A DNA stretch of 64,000 bases from positions 1 through 64,000 of the forward strand of contig CALIBN010000008.1 in NCBI GenBank assembly GCA_938045545.1, in the 5' to 3' direction. Shown piece after piece: positions 39,568 through 50,002 of the stretch. The stretch is from an uncultured archaeon. Its GTDB lineage: Archaea; Thermoproteota; EX4484-205; JAAOZP01. The first letter of the stretch is position 1. Every line of letters begins with the position of its first letter. The notes below the pieces were generated by a model that did no database searches, was not told where the DNA came from, and was given only the letters and a program-made list of their open reading frames with translations. The position numbers and the translations under genes are program-made.

Positions 39568-40145
39568 AAAACCCCCTTTTCGCTAGGGATTGTTGAACCT
39601 GTTACTGCAACCGCCTGTTTGAAAGCAAGGCCCGCGGCTTTAAAAACGGCTTCAGCCAAGTGGTGCGGATCACCGTTTCTAAAGATCAGGACGTGAAGAG
39701 TCACACCGGATGAGTTTGAAAGGCTTCGGAAGAAGTGTGGAATCATGCTGGTCCCCATGTTCCCAATGGTTGTCTGTTTAAACCGCATGTTGTGGGAGAA
39801 GAACGGTCTTCCGCTCAAGTCTAGTGAAACGCAAGCGAGCACCTCGTCCATAGGGACGATGGAATAGCCGAACCTGTTCACTCCCCTTTTTTCGCCGAGA
39901 GCCCTCCTTAAAGCCTCGCCAAAAGCTATTGCAACATCCTCGATTAAATGGTGCTCATCGCATTCAACCGTGTTTCTAGCGTTGAGCCTAAGGTTGAAGC
40001 CTGAGAACCTGATCATGCTTCCGAGCAGGTGGTTGAACACAGGGTAAGGCGTCTCTATAGTGTGCGCGCCTTCACCGTCCAAGGTGAGCTCCAGCTCAGC
40101 CACTGTTTCAGCAGTCTCTCTACGAACCATGGTTGTTCTAGTCAA
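39564..40145 (-). CDS. hisB: Imidazoleglycerol-phosphate dehydratase
   Basis: [28 protein letters not shown]. Confidence 0.95.
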   Translation of the reverse strand: MTRTTMVRRETAETVAELELTLDGEGAHTIETPYPVFNHLLGSMIRFSGFNLRLNARNTVECDEHHLIEDVAIAFGEALRRALGEKRGVNRFGYSIVPMDEVLACVSLDLSGRPFFSHNMRFKQTTIGNMGTSMIPHFFRSLSNSSGVTLHVLIFRNGDPHHLAEAVFKAAGLAFKQAVAVTGSTIPSEKGVL

Positions 40146-40864
40146 TCCTCAACCCTCCTTAAATCCTCTAGGCTTAGCAGCCCGTTGTATAAAGCTTTCC
40201 CGATGACCACGCCTTCCACACCAGTCTTTTTCAAAGTCAAGATGTCTTCCAGTGAAGAGACTCCTCCAGCGTACATGAGCCCCAAGCCTGTTTCCCTAAG
40301 TATTGATAATAGGGAAAGCGTTTCACGGCGCAACCCTGCTAGCGAGCCCTCTCTTCCAACATCGGTTAGAAGTATTCCCTTCAAACCTATTGCGTCGTCA
40401 ACCTTTAAGACCCAGGTGGCAGCCTTCTCCTCACTGATGACGATGCTTTCCTTACCGATGCCTCTAAACATGTTTCTCCCCAGGTAGTCTATTCCTAGAA
40501 CGATTTTATCCAATCCTGAGAAATCGCTTAGGGCATTCGTCGAGCAGGGCCTTGGTCTCACAACAATCCTTGAAGCGCCGTTTGAAAGATAGTCTTCAAC
40601 CTGCTTCCTACTCCTGATTCCGCCCGCGACTTGAACCGGTATCTTGACTGAGCGTATAATCCTCTTAATAATGCTAGCGTTACTTCTCCCAGTGTTCAAC
40701 GCAGCATCTATATCGACCACGTGGACCATGCTTGCACCAGCCTTCTCCCAGTATGCTGCTATTTTAACGGGGTCAGAGCCTTCAAGAGCCTTGTCCACAA
40801 CATGGCCTATTACCTCAACCCTCTTTGAATCCATTAGGTCTATCGATGGAATTATCCTCATCAA
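40142..40864 (-). CDS. hisA: ProFAR isomerase (divergent)
   Basis: IIPSID, HVVDID, GGIRS, AGGVSS..D, GKALY; position in the his operon. Confidence 0.85.
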   Translation of the reverse strand: MMRIIPSIDLMDSKRVEVIGHVVDKALEGSDPVKIAAYWEKAGASMVHVVDIDAALNTGRSNASIIKRIIRSVKIPVQVAGGIRSRKQVEDYLSNGASRIVVRPRPCSTNALSDFSGLDKIVLGIDYLGRNMFRGIGKESIVISEEKAATWVLKVDDAIGLKGILLTDVGREGSLAGLRRETLSLLSILRETGLGLMYAGGVSSLEDILTLKKTGVEGVVIGKALYNGLLSLEDLRRVED

Positions 40865-41775
40865 ATAATCACCTTGTCGATGTTTAGAACGAGAATGTCC
40901 CGAGCACCCTTGTTTTTAACGTTGTAAACCACTTCGAAAACCTTATCTGAATCAACGACGGTTATGACTTCCCACATGGGTTCCTTAGACTCTACTTTAG
41001 AGATCGTTGGGCCGCTCATGCAAGGCAGACAGCTAACAACTTCCTTCAAGCATTCTTCAGGCACATTCATCATAAGAAGCTTCTTTCCCTGTGCCATTTG
41101 GGTTGCTTGAATAATTGATATGATGCTTCCAATAATGGGTTGCTTTTCAGGGGTTTTAAGGCTGTTCCTGTTTCCTATTAGAACTGCTTGCGAATCCATG
41201 ATTGTTGAAAGAACCTTCAGTCCGTGTATTAGAAGCGTTGTGCCGGTGCTCATCACTGAGACTATGCAGTCGGACAAGCCGAGGTTCGGCATTGTTTCAG
41301 AGGCCCCCTCGACATTTATGATTTCAGCATTAGCATTCAGGCTTTGGAAGAAGCTTCTCGCTATGTTTGGAAACTCTGTTGCCACTTTGAAACTCTCTCT
41401 TTTAAGCAGGTCGCTAAGTTCGCTGAATCTCGAGGAGGGTGCCGCGAGCACAAGCTTAGCGTGACCGTAGTTGAGTGGAAGAACCTCCTCAACGTCTACG
41501 CCTGATTCCTTGACGAGGTCCCTCCCAGTAATGCCTAGGTCTACAACACCGTTTTCAACCATCCTCGGAATATCTGCAGCTCGGTTGAAAACCACTACAA
41601 GTCCTTTTAAACGGGAGAGCGCTTGATAACTCCGATCATTAGGGAAATAAGTTATCAGCCCGGATGAGCCCAGTAGTTCAAGCGAAGGCTGGAACAGCCT
41701 CCCCTTGCTGGGAAGAGCTAGGAAAACTTGGCTGTTCAACTTGCCAGGGCCCTCCTTAAGGCCTGTAGAAACCAT
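40861..41775 (-). CDS. hisG: ATP phosphoribosyltransferase, long form
   Basis: ALPSKGRL, DLGITGRD, ATEFP, TGTTL, C-terminal GPTI regulatory domain. Confidence 0.95.
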   Translation of the reverse strand: MVSTGLKEGPGKLNSQVFLALPSKGRLFQPSLELLGSSGLITYFPNDRSYQALSRLKGLVVVFNRAADIPRMVENGVVDLGITGRDLVKESGVDVEEVLPLNYGHAKLVLAAPSSRFSELSDLLKRESFKVATEFPNIARSFFQSLNANAEIINVEGASETMPNLGLSDCIVSVMSTGTTLLIHGLKVLSTIMDSQAVLIGNRNSLKTPEKQPIIGSIISIIQATQMAQGKKLLMMNVPEECLKEVVSCLPCMSGPTISKVESKEPMWEVITVVDSDKVFEVVYNVKNKGARDILVLNIDKVII

Positions 41776-42725
41776 TTCAGCTCAATCATGGTTCCAACAG
41801 TGACTCTTAGAAACGATCCCTCGATTCCTCCCCATTCAGATGTTACTGAACGCACCCTTATGTTTTCAGCGAGAAGCTTCTCAAAGACTCTTTGAGCGTC
41901 TTCCACGTAGACTGGGACGTAATTCGCCTTAGAATCACATGTCTTAACACCGTCAAGCCTGTTCAACTCGTCAACCATGTAGGCCTTGTTAATGGAAGTT
42001 GATTCGACAACCATTCTAAGCCAGTCTTCGTCTTCAAGAGCTGCCTTAGAAGCCTCCACAGCCGGAGTGGGGACATCGAAAGGCCCCATTGCTTTCTCGA
42101 CTTCTCTTAAAACAGAGCTTTCCCCTAAGAGATACCCGGATCTTAAGCCTGCTAATCCGTATGCTTTAGAAAAAGTCCTGACTAGCACAAGGTTGTTGAA
42201 GCCGCGTAGAAATGAGACGAAGCTTTTACCATAGTACTCGGCATAGGCCTCATCCATAATAACCATTCCGAATTCCTCCAGAAACCTTCTTACAGTGCTC
42301 TCTTCAACAACCTCCCCCGTCGGATTGTTTGGTGACCCTAACAACAGGACGGCGTCGCTGCCTGAAAGTCTGAATACAGCGTCCCAGCCCCTGCCCAGCC
42401 AGGAGGGTGGCTGCTCAACCCTGTTGAAGAAAAGCCTGGAGAAACGCGTGTACATCAGGAAGGCTGGTGAAGGTATTACGATGCGCGCATATTTTTTCGA
42501 CAAGCATTGCAGCAGGGTCTGCAGTCCTCTGTCGCTACCCGGGGTTGGAAGAACCTCCTGGGGCTGCAGAGCTAGACGGCTGGAGATGAACTCTCTGTAC
42601 TCGACGTAATCCGGATACCTGTTTAGGCGCATGGCTGTCTTAAAATAGGCCGTTATTGCTCTCGGAGACGGGCCGAACGGGTTTTCGTTCGTGTCTAGAC
42701 GAATAGGCTTTGGTGGGAATATCAT
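41736..42725 (-). CDS. hisC: Histidinol-phosphate aminotransferase
   Basis: LDTNENP, SPNNPTG, DEAY, RTFSKAYGLAGLR; ATG 42725 about 30 bp from a TATA. Confidence 0.93.
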   Translation of the reverse strand: MIFPPKPIRLDTNENPFGPSPRAITAYFKTAMRLNRYPDYVEYREFISSRLALQPQEVLPTPGSDRGLQTLLQCLSKKYARIVIPSPAFLMYTRFSRLFFNRVEQPPSWLGRGWDAVFRLSGSDAVLLLGSPNNPTGEVVEESTVRRFLEEFGMVIMDEAYAEYYGKSFVSFLRGFNNLVLVRTFSKAYGLAGLRSGYLLGESSVLREVEKAMGPFDVPTPAVEASKAALEDEDWLRMVVESTSINKAYMVDELNRLDGVKTCDSKANYVPVYVEDAQRVFEKLLAENIRVRSVTSEWGGIEGSFLRVTVGTMIELKWFLQALRRALAS

Positions 42726-42794
42726 GGGAATGAAGTTCCATTGGAAACCCACATGTTTATAAGCTTTTCCCAATCCTCCTAAGATGAGGCGAGC

Positions 42795-43211
42795 ATGCCG
42801 AAGACATACCTGCTTAAAATAGACGATAGGGGTAGAATCCTGATTCCTCAAGCCGTTAGAGACCTTATGGGGCTTAGGCCCCAGTCTGAGACAGTTGGAA
42901 CATATGACTCTGAGAGAAACGTTTTCACGCTCATGCCCGCCCGCCAGGGCGGTAACTTCGTCAGGATAGTTTTTAAAATATCCGATCAGCCTGGCTCTTT
43001 GGCGAAGGTTGCTAACTCGCTTGCACTATCGGGAATAAATCTTGTAGCAACAAGCTCAACGACCCTGGTGCCCGGTAAACTGGCTGAGTGGGAGGTTATC
43101 GCGGATGTTGAAAAGAACTATCCGTTGAAGGAGCGCTTAAAAGGGGTTGTCGATAGTCTCAGGGGCATCGTGTTCGAGTTTAAAGTTGAGGAGGCCAGGG
43201 TTGAAACCTGA
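42795..43211 (+). CDS. AbrB-type DNA-binding domain fused to an ACT domain
   Basis: IDDRGRILIP..VR; D.PGSLAKVA..L...GINL. Confidence 0.8.
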   Translation: MPKTYLLKIDDRGRILIPQAVRDLMGLRPQSETVGTYDSERNVFTLMPARQGGNFVRIVFKISDQPGSLAKVANSLALSGINLVATSSTTLVPGKLAEWEVIADVEKNYPLKERLKGVVDSLRGIVFEFKVEEARVET

Positions 43212-43283
43212 GGTCCCTTTTTCCGGCACGGTGGAAAAAGGTTTTTAAGCATCCCAGAGAATCTTTTACCGAATAAAACGTAA

Positions 43284-43604
43284 ATGGTAGGGATAGAGGA
43301 AACGTTAGGTGAAAGGATAAAGCCGTTTGACGACAAGGAAATTTTCGAGGAGCTAAGTAAGGAGGAGCAGATAATAACCATAAGGCTTGAAGTGACCAGG
43401 TGGAACAAGCAGATGACTATAATCGAAGGCATTGATCCGAAGGAGGTGGACTTAGCCAGCCTTGCTAAGAAGCTTAAGGCTTACTGCGCATGCGGCGGGA
43501 CTGTTAAGAATAATGCTATAATGCTTCAGGGTGACCATAGGCAGAAGGTCTACAGCTATTTGTCTAAAAACGGCTTCTCGGAAAGAAACATAACAATACT
43601 CTAG
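43284..43604 (+). CDS. sui1: Translation initiation factor aIF-1 (SUI1)
   Basis: TIIEGID, LK..CACGGT, LQGDHR. Confidence 0.95.
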   Translation: MVGIEETLGERIKPFDDKEIFEELSKEEQIITIRLEVTRWNKQMTIIEGIDPKEVDLASLAKKLKAYCACGGTVKNNAIMLQGDHRQKVYSYLSKNGFSERNITIL

Positions 43605-43706
43605 CCTGAGAACAAGCTAAACTGATGGGGAGAATGGTTTTCTCTTAGACTGGAGTAGGCTTGTCGATAGAAAACCTTATCTTCAACAGTAAAGTTTTCT
43701 TAAGCG

Positions 43707-44228
43707 TTGGACGCGTTTGAATGCATCTCGAAAAGGAGGAGCGTGAGGTCGTTTTTAAAGAAACCGGTTCCTAAAGAACTAGTCGACAAGGTTCTTGAAG
43801 CAGCCCTAATGGCTCCCTCAGCAGGAGACATACATCCTTACAGGATAGTTGTCGTAACGGATGAGGGTAAAATAAGGCGGATCGCTGAGGCTGCTTTAAA
43901 CCAGACATTCATATCTCAAGCCCCAATAGTGATAGTGTACTTGGTTTCGCTGGAGGAGGCTTCAGCATACGGCAAGAGGGGAGTTGAACTCTACAGTATT
44001 CTGGACGTAGGCGCGTCCATGGAGAACCTTATGCTGGCGGCCACAAGCCTAGGGTTGTCAACATGCTGGGTTGGGGCCTTCGACGAGAGGCGGGTTGAAG
44101 AGATTCTCAACGCTCCCAAAGGATATAGGGCGGTTTCACTCACCCCCTTGGGTTATTCGGATTCAGCAGCCCGCGGGAGACCGCCGCCGGCTAGAAGCAT
44201 GAAGATCCTATACGAGGGGTTCCAGTAA
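43707..44228 (+). CDS. Nitroreductase family protein
   Basis: RRSVR.F, APSAG, ENL.LAA..LGL.TCWVG. Confidence 0.92.
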   Translation: MDAFECISKRRSVRSFLKKPVPKELVDKVLEAALMAPSAGDIHPYRIVVVTDEGKIRRIAEAALNQTFISQAPIVIVYLVSLEEASAYGKRGVELYSILDVGASMENLMLAATSLGLSTCWVGAFDERRVEEILNAPKGYRAVSLTPLGYSDSAARGRPPPARSMKILYEGFQ

Positions 44229-44229
44229 T

Positions 44230-44865
44230 ATGGGTGCCAAAGGGTTCAGGGATGTGGCTGAGGTGCTAAACCGGTTAAGCGTGTTGGGAGAGCAGGATGC
44301 TGTCCGGGAGATGGCTGCCTTGTTTAAAAAGGTTGACGCCGATTGCCTCGAAACCCTTCTCAGGATAATGAGGATGGATTTCGGAGAGGCTTCGCGGCTT
44401 ATCGGGACACACTTGTTGAGGAGAATAGTTTCAGAAGCCGTGGCCGAAATAACTCTTCTTAGACAGGATGAGGCTGAAGGATTAGTGCAATCCGGAAGGC
44501 TGAGGGATGTTTTAAGCAGGAGGAGCAGCATACTTCTCGAAAAAGGATTGAGCATAGACCAGGCTTATCTGGGAATGCTCGAAGCTTGCAGGATGAGTGG
44601 GAAGAGCAGCATCGGCTTCAAGGTTAAAAGCTTAATAGGGCTTCTCAATAAAGCTTCAGACGAGGAGGCTTTTCTCATCGTAAACATGCTGATGGGTAGG
44701 CAGGAGCCTGTGGATGACAGACTTATTTTAAAGGCTTTGGGCGAAGCATTCCATGGTTCAGCCGCCGCTGGCATAGGAATGATGGGCGGGGAGGCTGGCC
44801 TGAAAGACATTTATAAGGTGGCGCTACAGGTGGTTAAAAATGCGGGACGAGCCGACTCAGGCTAA
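44230..44865 (+). CDS. Stand-alone protein resembling the N-terminal DNA-binding domain of ATP-dependent DNA ligase
   Basis: F..VAE.L.RL start; SGKSS...K...L.GLL..AS..EA..IV..L.G...ILKAL..AF; no KxDG motif. Confidence 0.6.
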   Translation: MGAKGFRDVAEVLNRLSVLGEQDAVREMAALFKKVDADCLETLLRIMRMDFGEASRLIGTHLLRRIVSEAVAEITLLRQDEAEGLVQSGRLRDVLSRRSSILLEKGLSIDQAYLGMLEACRMSGKSSIGFKVKSLIGLLNKASDEEAFLIVNMLMGRQEPVDDRLILKALGEAFHGSAAAGIGMMGGEAGLKDIYKVALQVVKNAGRADSG

Positions 44866-45043
44866 AAAAGAAGCATGTGAAAGGATTGAGCAGACAATAA
44901 AGTGTGCTGAAGAGTTATCAAAGATTGTTCAGAGCCTGAATACTGCTTTATCGCGTGGAGACTTCGAAGAGCTAAGGGAAATATTAAGCAAGGTTAAACT
45001 GCGCATATCGGAATTGGAAAGCCATCTAAACATGCTTGACTAA
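44840..45043 (+). CDS. Small helical hypothetical protein
   Basis: Coiled-coil-like 67 aa; GGTGG upstream. Confidence 0.5.
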   Translation: MRDEPTQAKKEACERIEQTIKCAEELSKIVQSLNTALSRGDFEELREILSKVKLRISELESHLNMLD

Positions 45044-45132
45044 AACTGAATTTTGTTTCAACTTGAAGAGGACATGCTTTTGCCACGCGTCCTCTCCGAG
45101 TAAAATTTAATAGGTTTCCAAGATTTTTTAAA

Positions 45133-45414
45133 ATGGTGGTCTCAATGTCTGAAGTTGAGGCAAAGATTGATGAGTGCATAGCTGAGTTGAAGCCTTACAG
45201 GATGTTCTCCTCAGAGGCCAGTAGCGCTATAAAAGGCTTAGAAAATCTTAAGGAACAGTTGAAAAACATTACAAGGGAAAACATTGATGAAATTATAAAG
45301 GGTGTAGAGGAAGGATACCGGGGAAGCCTGGCGTATGCGAATTATATCCCTAAGACGGTTGAGAACCTCAGGTTCATAAAGGAGTATCTTGAGAAGATGA
45401 AGGCCTCCCTCTAG
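45133..45414 (+). CDS. Hypothetical protein
   Basis: Intact 93-aa ORF with upstream tttaata. Confidence 0.65.
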   Translation: MVVSMSEVEAKIDECIAELKPYRMFSSEASSAIKGLENLKEQLKNITRENIDEIIKGVEEGYRGSLAYANYIPKTVENLRFIKEYLEKMKASL

Positions 45415-45522
45415 TTGTAGCGACAAGACTGTAAAGCCCAGCCTTTTTTTAATTACGTTCATACATGGGTCGCAAGGAGAAACAGTTTAAGCTTTTTAAG
45501 CCTGTTTCCAAGTGAAGATTCT

Positions 45523-46566
45523 ATGAGGCAGGTTAAGTTCGGCGTAGCTGGTGCCGGAGTTGGTGCCAACTTTGCCCTCCGCGCCATGAAGCTCCTGGAG
45601 GAGAAGGAGGGTATTGTCAAAGCAGTTGCCGTATGCGACGTTGTTGAGGATTTAGCTAAAAAGACGGCTGAGGAGTTCGGGGTAAAGTATTTTATCAACT
45701 ATAGGGATTTATTAGTCAAGGAGAGGGTTGACGCGGTTTTCATTTCAACACCACACTATCTGCATTTCCCCATGACTTTAGAGGCCCTAGAGGCTGGTGT
45801 AAACGTGCTTGTTGACAAACCCATGGCCATAAACGTCAGGGAGGCTGATGAGATGATAAGGAGGGCTAGGAGGGCTGGTGTGAAGTTGGGTGTAAACCTT
45901 CAGGGCAGGTTTGACCCCAGTGTTATCAAGATAAAGGAGGCGGTGGACAGCGGTAGGCTGGGCAGGCTTTTCTACGGGGAGGCAACCGTCAAATGGTTCA
46001 GGACGAGGGAATACTATGATAAAAGCCCTTGGAGGGGGAGATGGGCTACCGAGGGGGGTGGGGCACTGATAAACCAGGCCATTCACACTCTAGACCAGCT
46101 TGTCTGGATCATGGGTCCTGTTGAATATCTTTGGGCCCAGTGCAGCACTGTTTTCCACAACATAGAGGTTGAGGACCTGGCTGTTGCCACCCTAAGGTTT
46201 AAGAACGGCGCTTTAGGCCTTGTTCAGGCGAGCACAGCCCTTTATCCCGGTTTCCCAACTGGGCTTGAGTTCTACGGGACGAATGGCACAGCCATCTTAG
46301 AGGGGGAGGTGATTAAACTATTAGACATAAAGGGGGAGAAACCGTATTCTGAGAAGGAGGCTAAGGTAGGACTTGAGACCTGGGCTAGGCCGGAGGCAGC
46401 GCCCCCGTTGAACCACGCCGCATCTATAAGGGACTTTGCCCAAGCCATCCTTGATGACAGGGAGCCGAAGGTTTCTGGCGAGGAGGGGAGAAAGTCTATT
46501 GAAATCGTCAACGCTATCTACAAGTCCAGTAAGAATAGCGAGGCAGTGAAGCTCCCGCTGACGTGA
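45523..46566 (+). CDS. Gfo/Idh/MocA oxidoreductase
   Basis: STPHYLH, DKPMA, GGGALINQAIH.LD. Confidence 0.93.
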   Translation: MRQVKFGVAGAGVGANFALRAMKLLEEKEGIVKAVAVCDVVEDLAKKTAEEFGVKYFINYRDLLVKERVDAVFISTPHYLHFPMTLEALEAGVNVLVDKPMAINVREADEMIRRARRAGVKLGVNLQGRFDPSVIKIKEAVDSGRLGRLFYGEATVKWFRTREYYDKSPWRGRWATEGGGALINQAIHTLDQLVWIMGPVEYLWAQCSTVFHNIEVEDLAVATLRFKNGALGLVQASTALYPGFPTGLEFYGTNGTAILEGEVIKLLDIKGEKPYSEKEAKVGLETWARPEAAPPLNHAASIRDFAQAILDDREPKVSGEEGRKSIEIVNAIYKSSKNSEAVKLPLT

Positions 46567-46590
46567 TTTAAACCGTTAGGGATTCGAGGC

Positions 46591-47487
46591 TTATTCCAAG
46601 TCGAGCTTCAAGACTCTCGCAGCGTTTCTATACATTATTTTATCATAGGTTTTTCGCGATATTTTTCCTTCTTCTCTCAGGCTGCGAAGGTATTTCAGTT
46701 GGGGTATGTTTTGATCCGGCATGTCTAAGTCTGTTCCAAACATCAACCTATCCTGAAACTCCTCTAAGAACTGGACTCCGAACTCCGGGTCTCTAGAGAT
46801 AGCGTTGTATCCGCTGCCAGCTGAAAGATCCCCGTAAAGGTTTTGATAGGTTCTGAACAGGTCGACGACCCTGCCGCCTGGAGCAACCCTGCCAGCTGGG
46901 TAACTGTTCCTCTCCTCCGGCTTAACGTCTCCAGATATCTCCGCCCAGAATGGTTGAGAGTGTCCTATGAATATCAGGCTTGGAAACATTTTTAAACACT
47001 TCTCAAGCCTAGGCAGGCCGGGTTCGTCAACAAGCCCGTAGCAGCCACCCAGGTGGGGACCGATATGGAATATTACGGGGAGCTCTAGTTCCTCACAAAT
47101 CCTGAAGAGGCACAGGGCCCTCGGGTCGTCAAAGTATATGTTGGCAGTTATTTCGCCAACGCCTTTGCATCCTTCGCTTTTATACTCCTCGATTATGAAT
47201 CTCAGGCTTTTCTCCGAGCCAGCGTTTAGCCTCGGATCCGGATTGCAGAAAGGGATTAGCCTACCCCCATATTTCTTGCAGAACTCCATAACATCTCTGT
47301 TGGTCACAGGCTCTATAGTGCTTTCCGGGCTTGGCAGTGGGAGAATCACCGTCATGTCTATCCCCTCTTCCTCCATCCTTTTAACGAGTTCAGACACCGT
47401 TATCCATGGTATGTACTGGTCTTTAACCGGATCGTAGGTAAGCCAGCTTTGTTTAGGGGAACAGTGCGCGTGAATATCAATAATCAT
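46591..47487 (-). CDS. Amidohydrolase_2 family protein
   Basis: IDIHAH, GVGE, IFH, IGH, LMFGTD. Confidence 0.88.
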   Translation of the reverse strand: MIIDIHAHCSPKQSWLTYDPVKDQYIPWITVSELVKRMEEEGIDMTVILPLPSPESTIEPVTNRDVMEFCKKYGGRLIPFCNPDPRLNAGSEKSLRFIIEEYKSEGCKGVGEITANIYFDDPRALCLFRICEELELPVIFHIGPHLGGCYGLVDEPGLPRLEKCLKMFPSLIFIGHSQPFWAEISGDVKPEERNSYPAGRVAPGGRVVDLFRTYQNLYGDLSAGSGYNAISRDPEFGVQFLEEFQDRLMFGTDLDMPDQNIPQLKYLRSLREEGKISRKTYDKIMYRNAARVLKLDLE

Positions 47488-47674
47488 GTTCACAGTCTGG
47501 CGAAGCAACTTATTTAAGCATTCGGTCTGAAGTTTCAAAAGAAGATGCGCACATCCCTAGGTATTGTTTTCAGGCACCTGTGAATGCTGGTCGCCTTCAG
47601 AATCGCAGTATTCGCGATCAGGGTGAAAGAAATGGGAGCGGAAATATTTAATATCTGCTGAAGCAGTGTAACGA

Positions 47675-49013
47675 TTGTTTAAAGGTAGGGAAGCGGCTTA
47701 GCTCTCTTAGGAGGTCCGAAGACTGTCAGGTCTGAACATGGAGACATATTCGCTTGGCCAATTATAACTAGCGAGGTTGAGAATGCTGTTTTAGAAGTAC
47801 TTCGCGCCGGGAAAATGTCAAACATAGATGTGACTCAAAAATTCGAGGGGGAGTTCGCCCTATGCTGGGCTTGGAATATGCGCTTGCACATAGCACTGGA
47901 ACCGCTGCTCTACCCAGCGCGATGTTAGGCATAGGGATAGGGAAGGGGGACGAGATCATTTGTCCAAGCATCACTTACTGGGCCTCCTGCCTACAGGTCT
48001 ACTCGCTCGGTGGAACAGTCATCTTCGCCGACATTGATCCCGAAACGCTCTGCATCGATCCTGAGGATATTGAACGCTGGGTTACTCCGAGAACTAAGGC
48101 GATAATGGTTGTCCACTACTTGGGAATGCTGGTAGATATGGATGGATAACGAAGATAGCTGAGAGAAACGGCTTGATGGTGATTGAGTATTGTTCTGACA
48201 CTCACGGTGCTCTCTACAAGGTTAGAATGGCTGGAACTTGAGATGCTGCAGGCTTCTCACTAATGTCCGGAAAATCACTGCCTTGCGGCGAGGGAGGAAT
48301 GATGACTACGAACGACAGGCGGGTTTATGAAAGGGCTTTGGCCTTCGGCCATTACGAGCGCCACGGGTTCGCCTTAGCGGTGGAAGACCTTAAATGTGGA
48401 GCAGGGCTGCCCTGGGGAGGATACAAGTATTAGGATGCACCAGTTGACTTCGGCAGTCGACGTGTCCGGTTGAAGCATTACCCGGAGCTTATGGCTGAGA
48501 TAGATAAAGCCATGAACTACTTCTGGGACCTGCTTGAAGGAGTCCCCGGAATCAGGAGCCATAGGCCTCCGAAAGACTCCGGGTCAACCAAGGGTGGGTG
48601 GTACGCACCCCACGGCATCTACCGTCCGGAGGAGTTGGGAGGCCTATCTGTTCAAAGGTTCTGCGAAGCAGTAAGGGCAGAGGGAGCCCCATGCTACCCG
48701 GGCTGCAACCTCCCGCTGCATTTACACCCATTGCTCAACGAGATAGATGTCTACAACCAGGGTAGTCGACGCGCATAACGAATTCTCCCCCGGGTGTTGA
48801 CGTGAGGCAGCCGCCGGGTAGCCTACCGGTTTCAGAGAGCGTGCAGGAACGGGTGTTACCGTCCCATGGTTCAAGCATTACAGGCCTAAGATCATTGAAG
48901 AGTATGCTCAAGCATTCAGGAAGGTTGCTGAAAACTACACGGATCTTCTGCCGGGTGACTCTGCACGCGGCGTGCATATCGGATGGAGCACCTTCTGGAT
49001 GGCAGGGAGGTGA
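47675..49013 (+). pseudogene. DegT/DnrJ/EryC1/StrS aminotransferase pseudogene
   Basis: LALLGGP, GTAAL, GDEII.P..TYWAS, IDPEDIE, SGKSL..GEGG; several frameshifts and stops. Confidence 0.85.
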
Positions 49014-49111
49014 AGCAAAAACCGGTAATCAGCGTGATAAACAGGTGAAGTGGAAACAAGGATCCGAATGAAGATGGTTGCATTCTGGGGCATTATGGTT
49101 CTCCACTAAAG

Positions 49112-49924
49112 TTAATACCAGCCTACTCTTTTCATCACTTCAAGCAAGTCGTCTCCACGTATAACGATTGTTCGAGCGTCAAGGCGTTCTATGCCCGGCG
49201 TTCTGAATTGAATATCCGCGTAATTCGGATGTGAATACTCGATTTTCAGAGTCACAGGCGGGTTGATTCTGAAAGGCTTAAAATCTTCAGCGTTTCGAAC
49301 AGCCTTCTCAGCGGTTTCTCGGATAAGCTTCCTGCTCCGGGCTGGCGGCAGGCAAGCCGCAAAGTTTCTACTAAACCCTTCTTTCACAACAACGGTTTCA
49401 ACCCTGCCTAATAGAGTCTTAGCCTCCTGGGCTGCCATTCTGCAACCGCTCACCAGACCCACGGGCACTTCGAAATACCCCAGTATAGCTGCGTCTATCC
49501 CGATTTCGCCAACCCGCTTCTCGTTTATGTAGGCGTTGACTATTACCCTAGTGGCCATCGTGTGGTCTAGAACCGCACCCTCTGTCCCAGCCATAGCGTG
49601 GTAGCCTATCATGAACGCTAGGCTAAAGCTCCTGTCGAGCCCAGCCATTCTACATGGCCTAGGTCCTCCTGTAACGTATTTCGCCTCCTCGTGCAGCTCC
49701 TCCGGCACAAGGTTGAAACCGTTTCGCGCCCCATGCAGGTCGTTAACAAGGACTTCTGAAGCACCTCCCTCCAAGGCTCCTTCAACAGCAGCGTTCACGT
49801 CTCTAGTTAGAAGGAGGCATGCCTCCTCGTACTCTCTGCTCCCGGGTTTAGTCTGCTGCTCGCGGACCACGTAGCTGGCGCCCTCCATGTCGGCCAGAAC
49901 GTAAACCTTCATATAAACCACCAA
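49112..49924 (-). CDS. M55 D-aminopeptidase (DppA family)
   Basis: ADMEG, VNDLH, IGYHA, LDHT, GE. Confidence 0.92.
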   Translation of the reverse strand: MVVYMKVYVLADMEGASYVVREQQTKPGSREYEEACLLLTRDVNAAVEGALEGGASEVLVNDLHGARNGFNLVPEELHEEAKYVTGGPRPCRMAGLDRSFSLAFMIGYHAMAGTEGAVLDHTMATRVIVNAYINEKRVGEIGIDAAILGYFEVPVGLVSGCRMAAQEAKTLLGRVETVVVKEGFSRNFAACLPPARSRKLIRETAEKAVRNAEDFKPFRINPPVTLKIEYSHPNYADIQFRTPGIERLDARTIVIRGDDLLEVMKRVGWY

Positions 49925-50002
49925 TTATAATGTTTTTCGAAGTATTTAAGGGTTTGTGAGGCTTGATGAAAATTTAAGCCGGCTGTCAGCATGAGTTAAA
50001 AC

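Noticed and set aside
47675-49013. Programmed frameshifting or stop-codon recoding to explain the broken genes
   Set aside because: The lesions are numerous, of mixed type and lack slippery-site context; ordinary decay is the simpler explanation.
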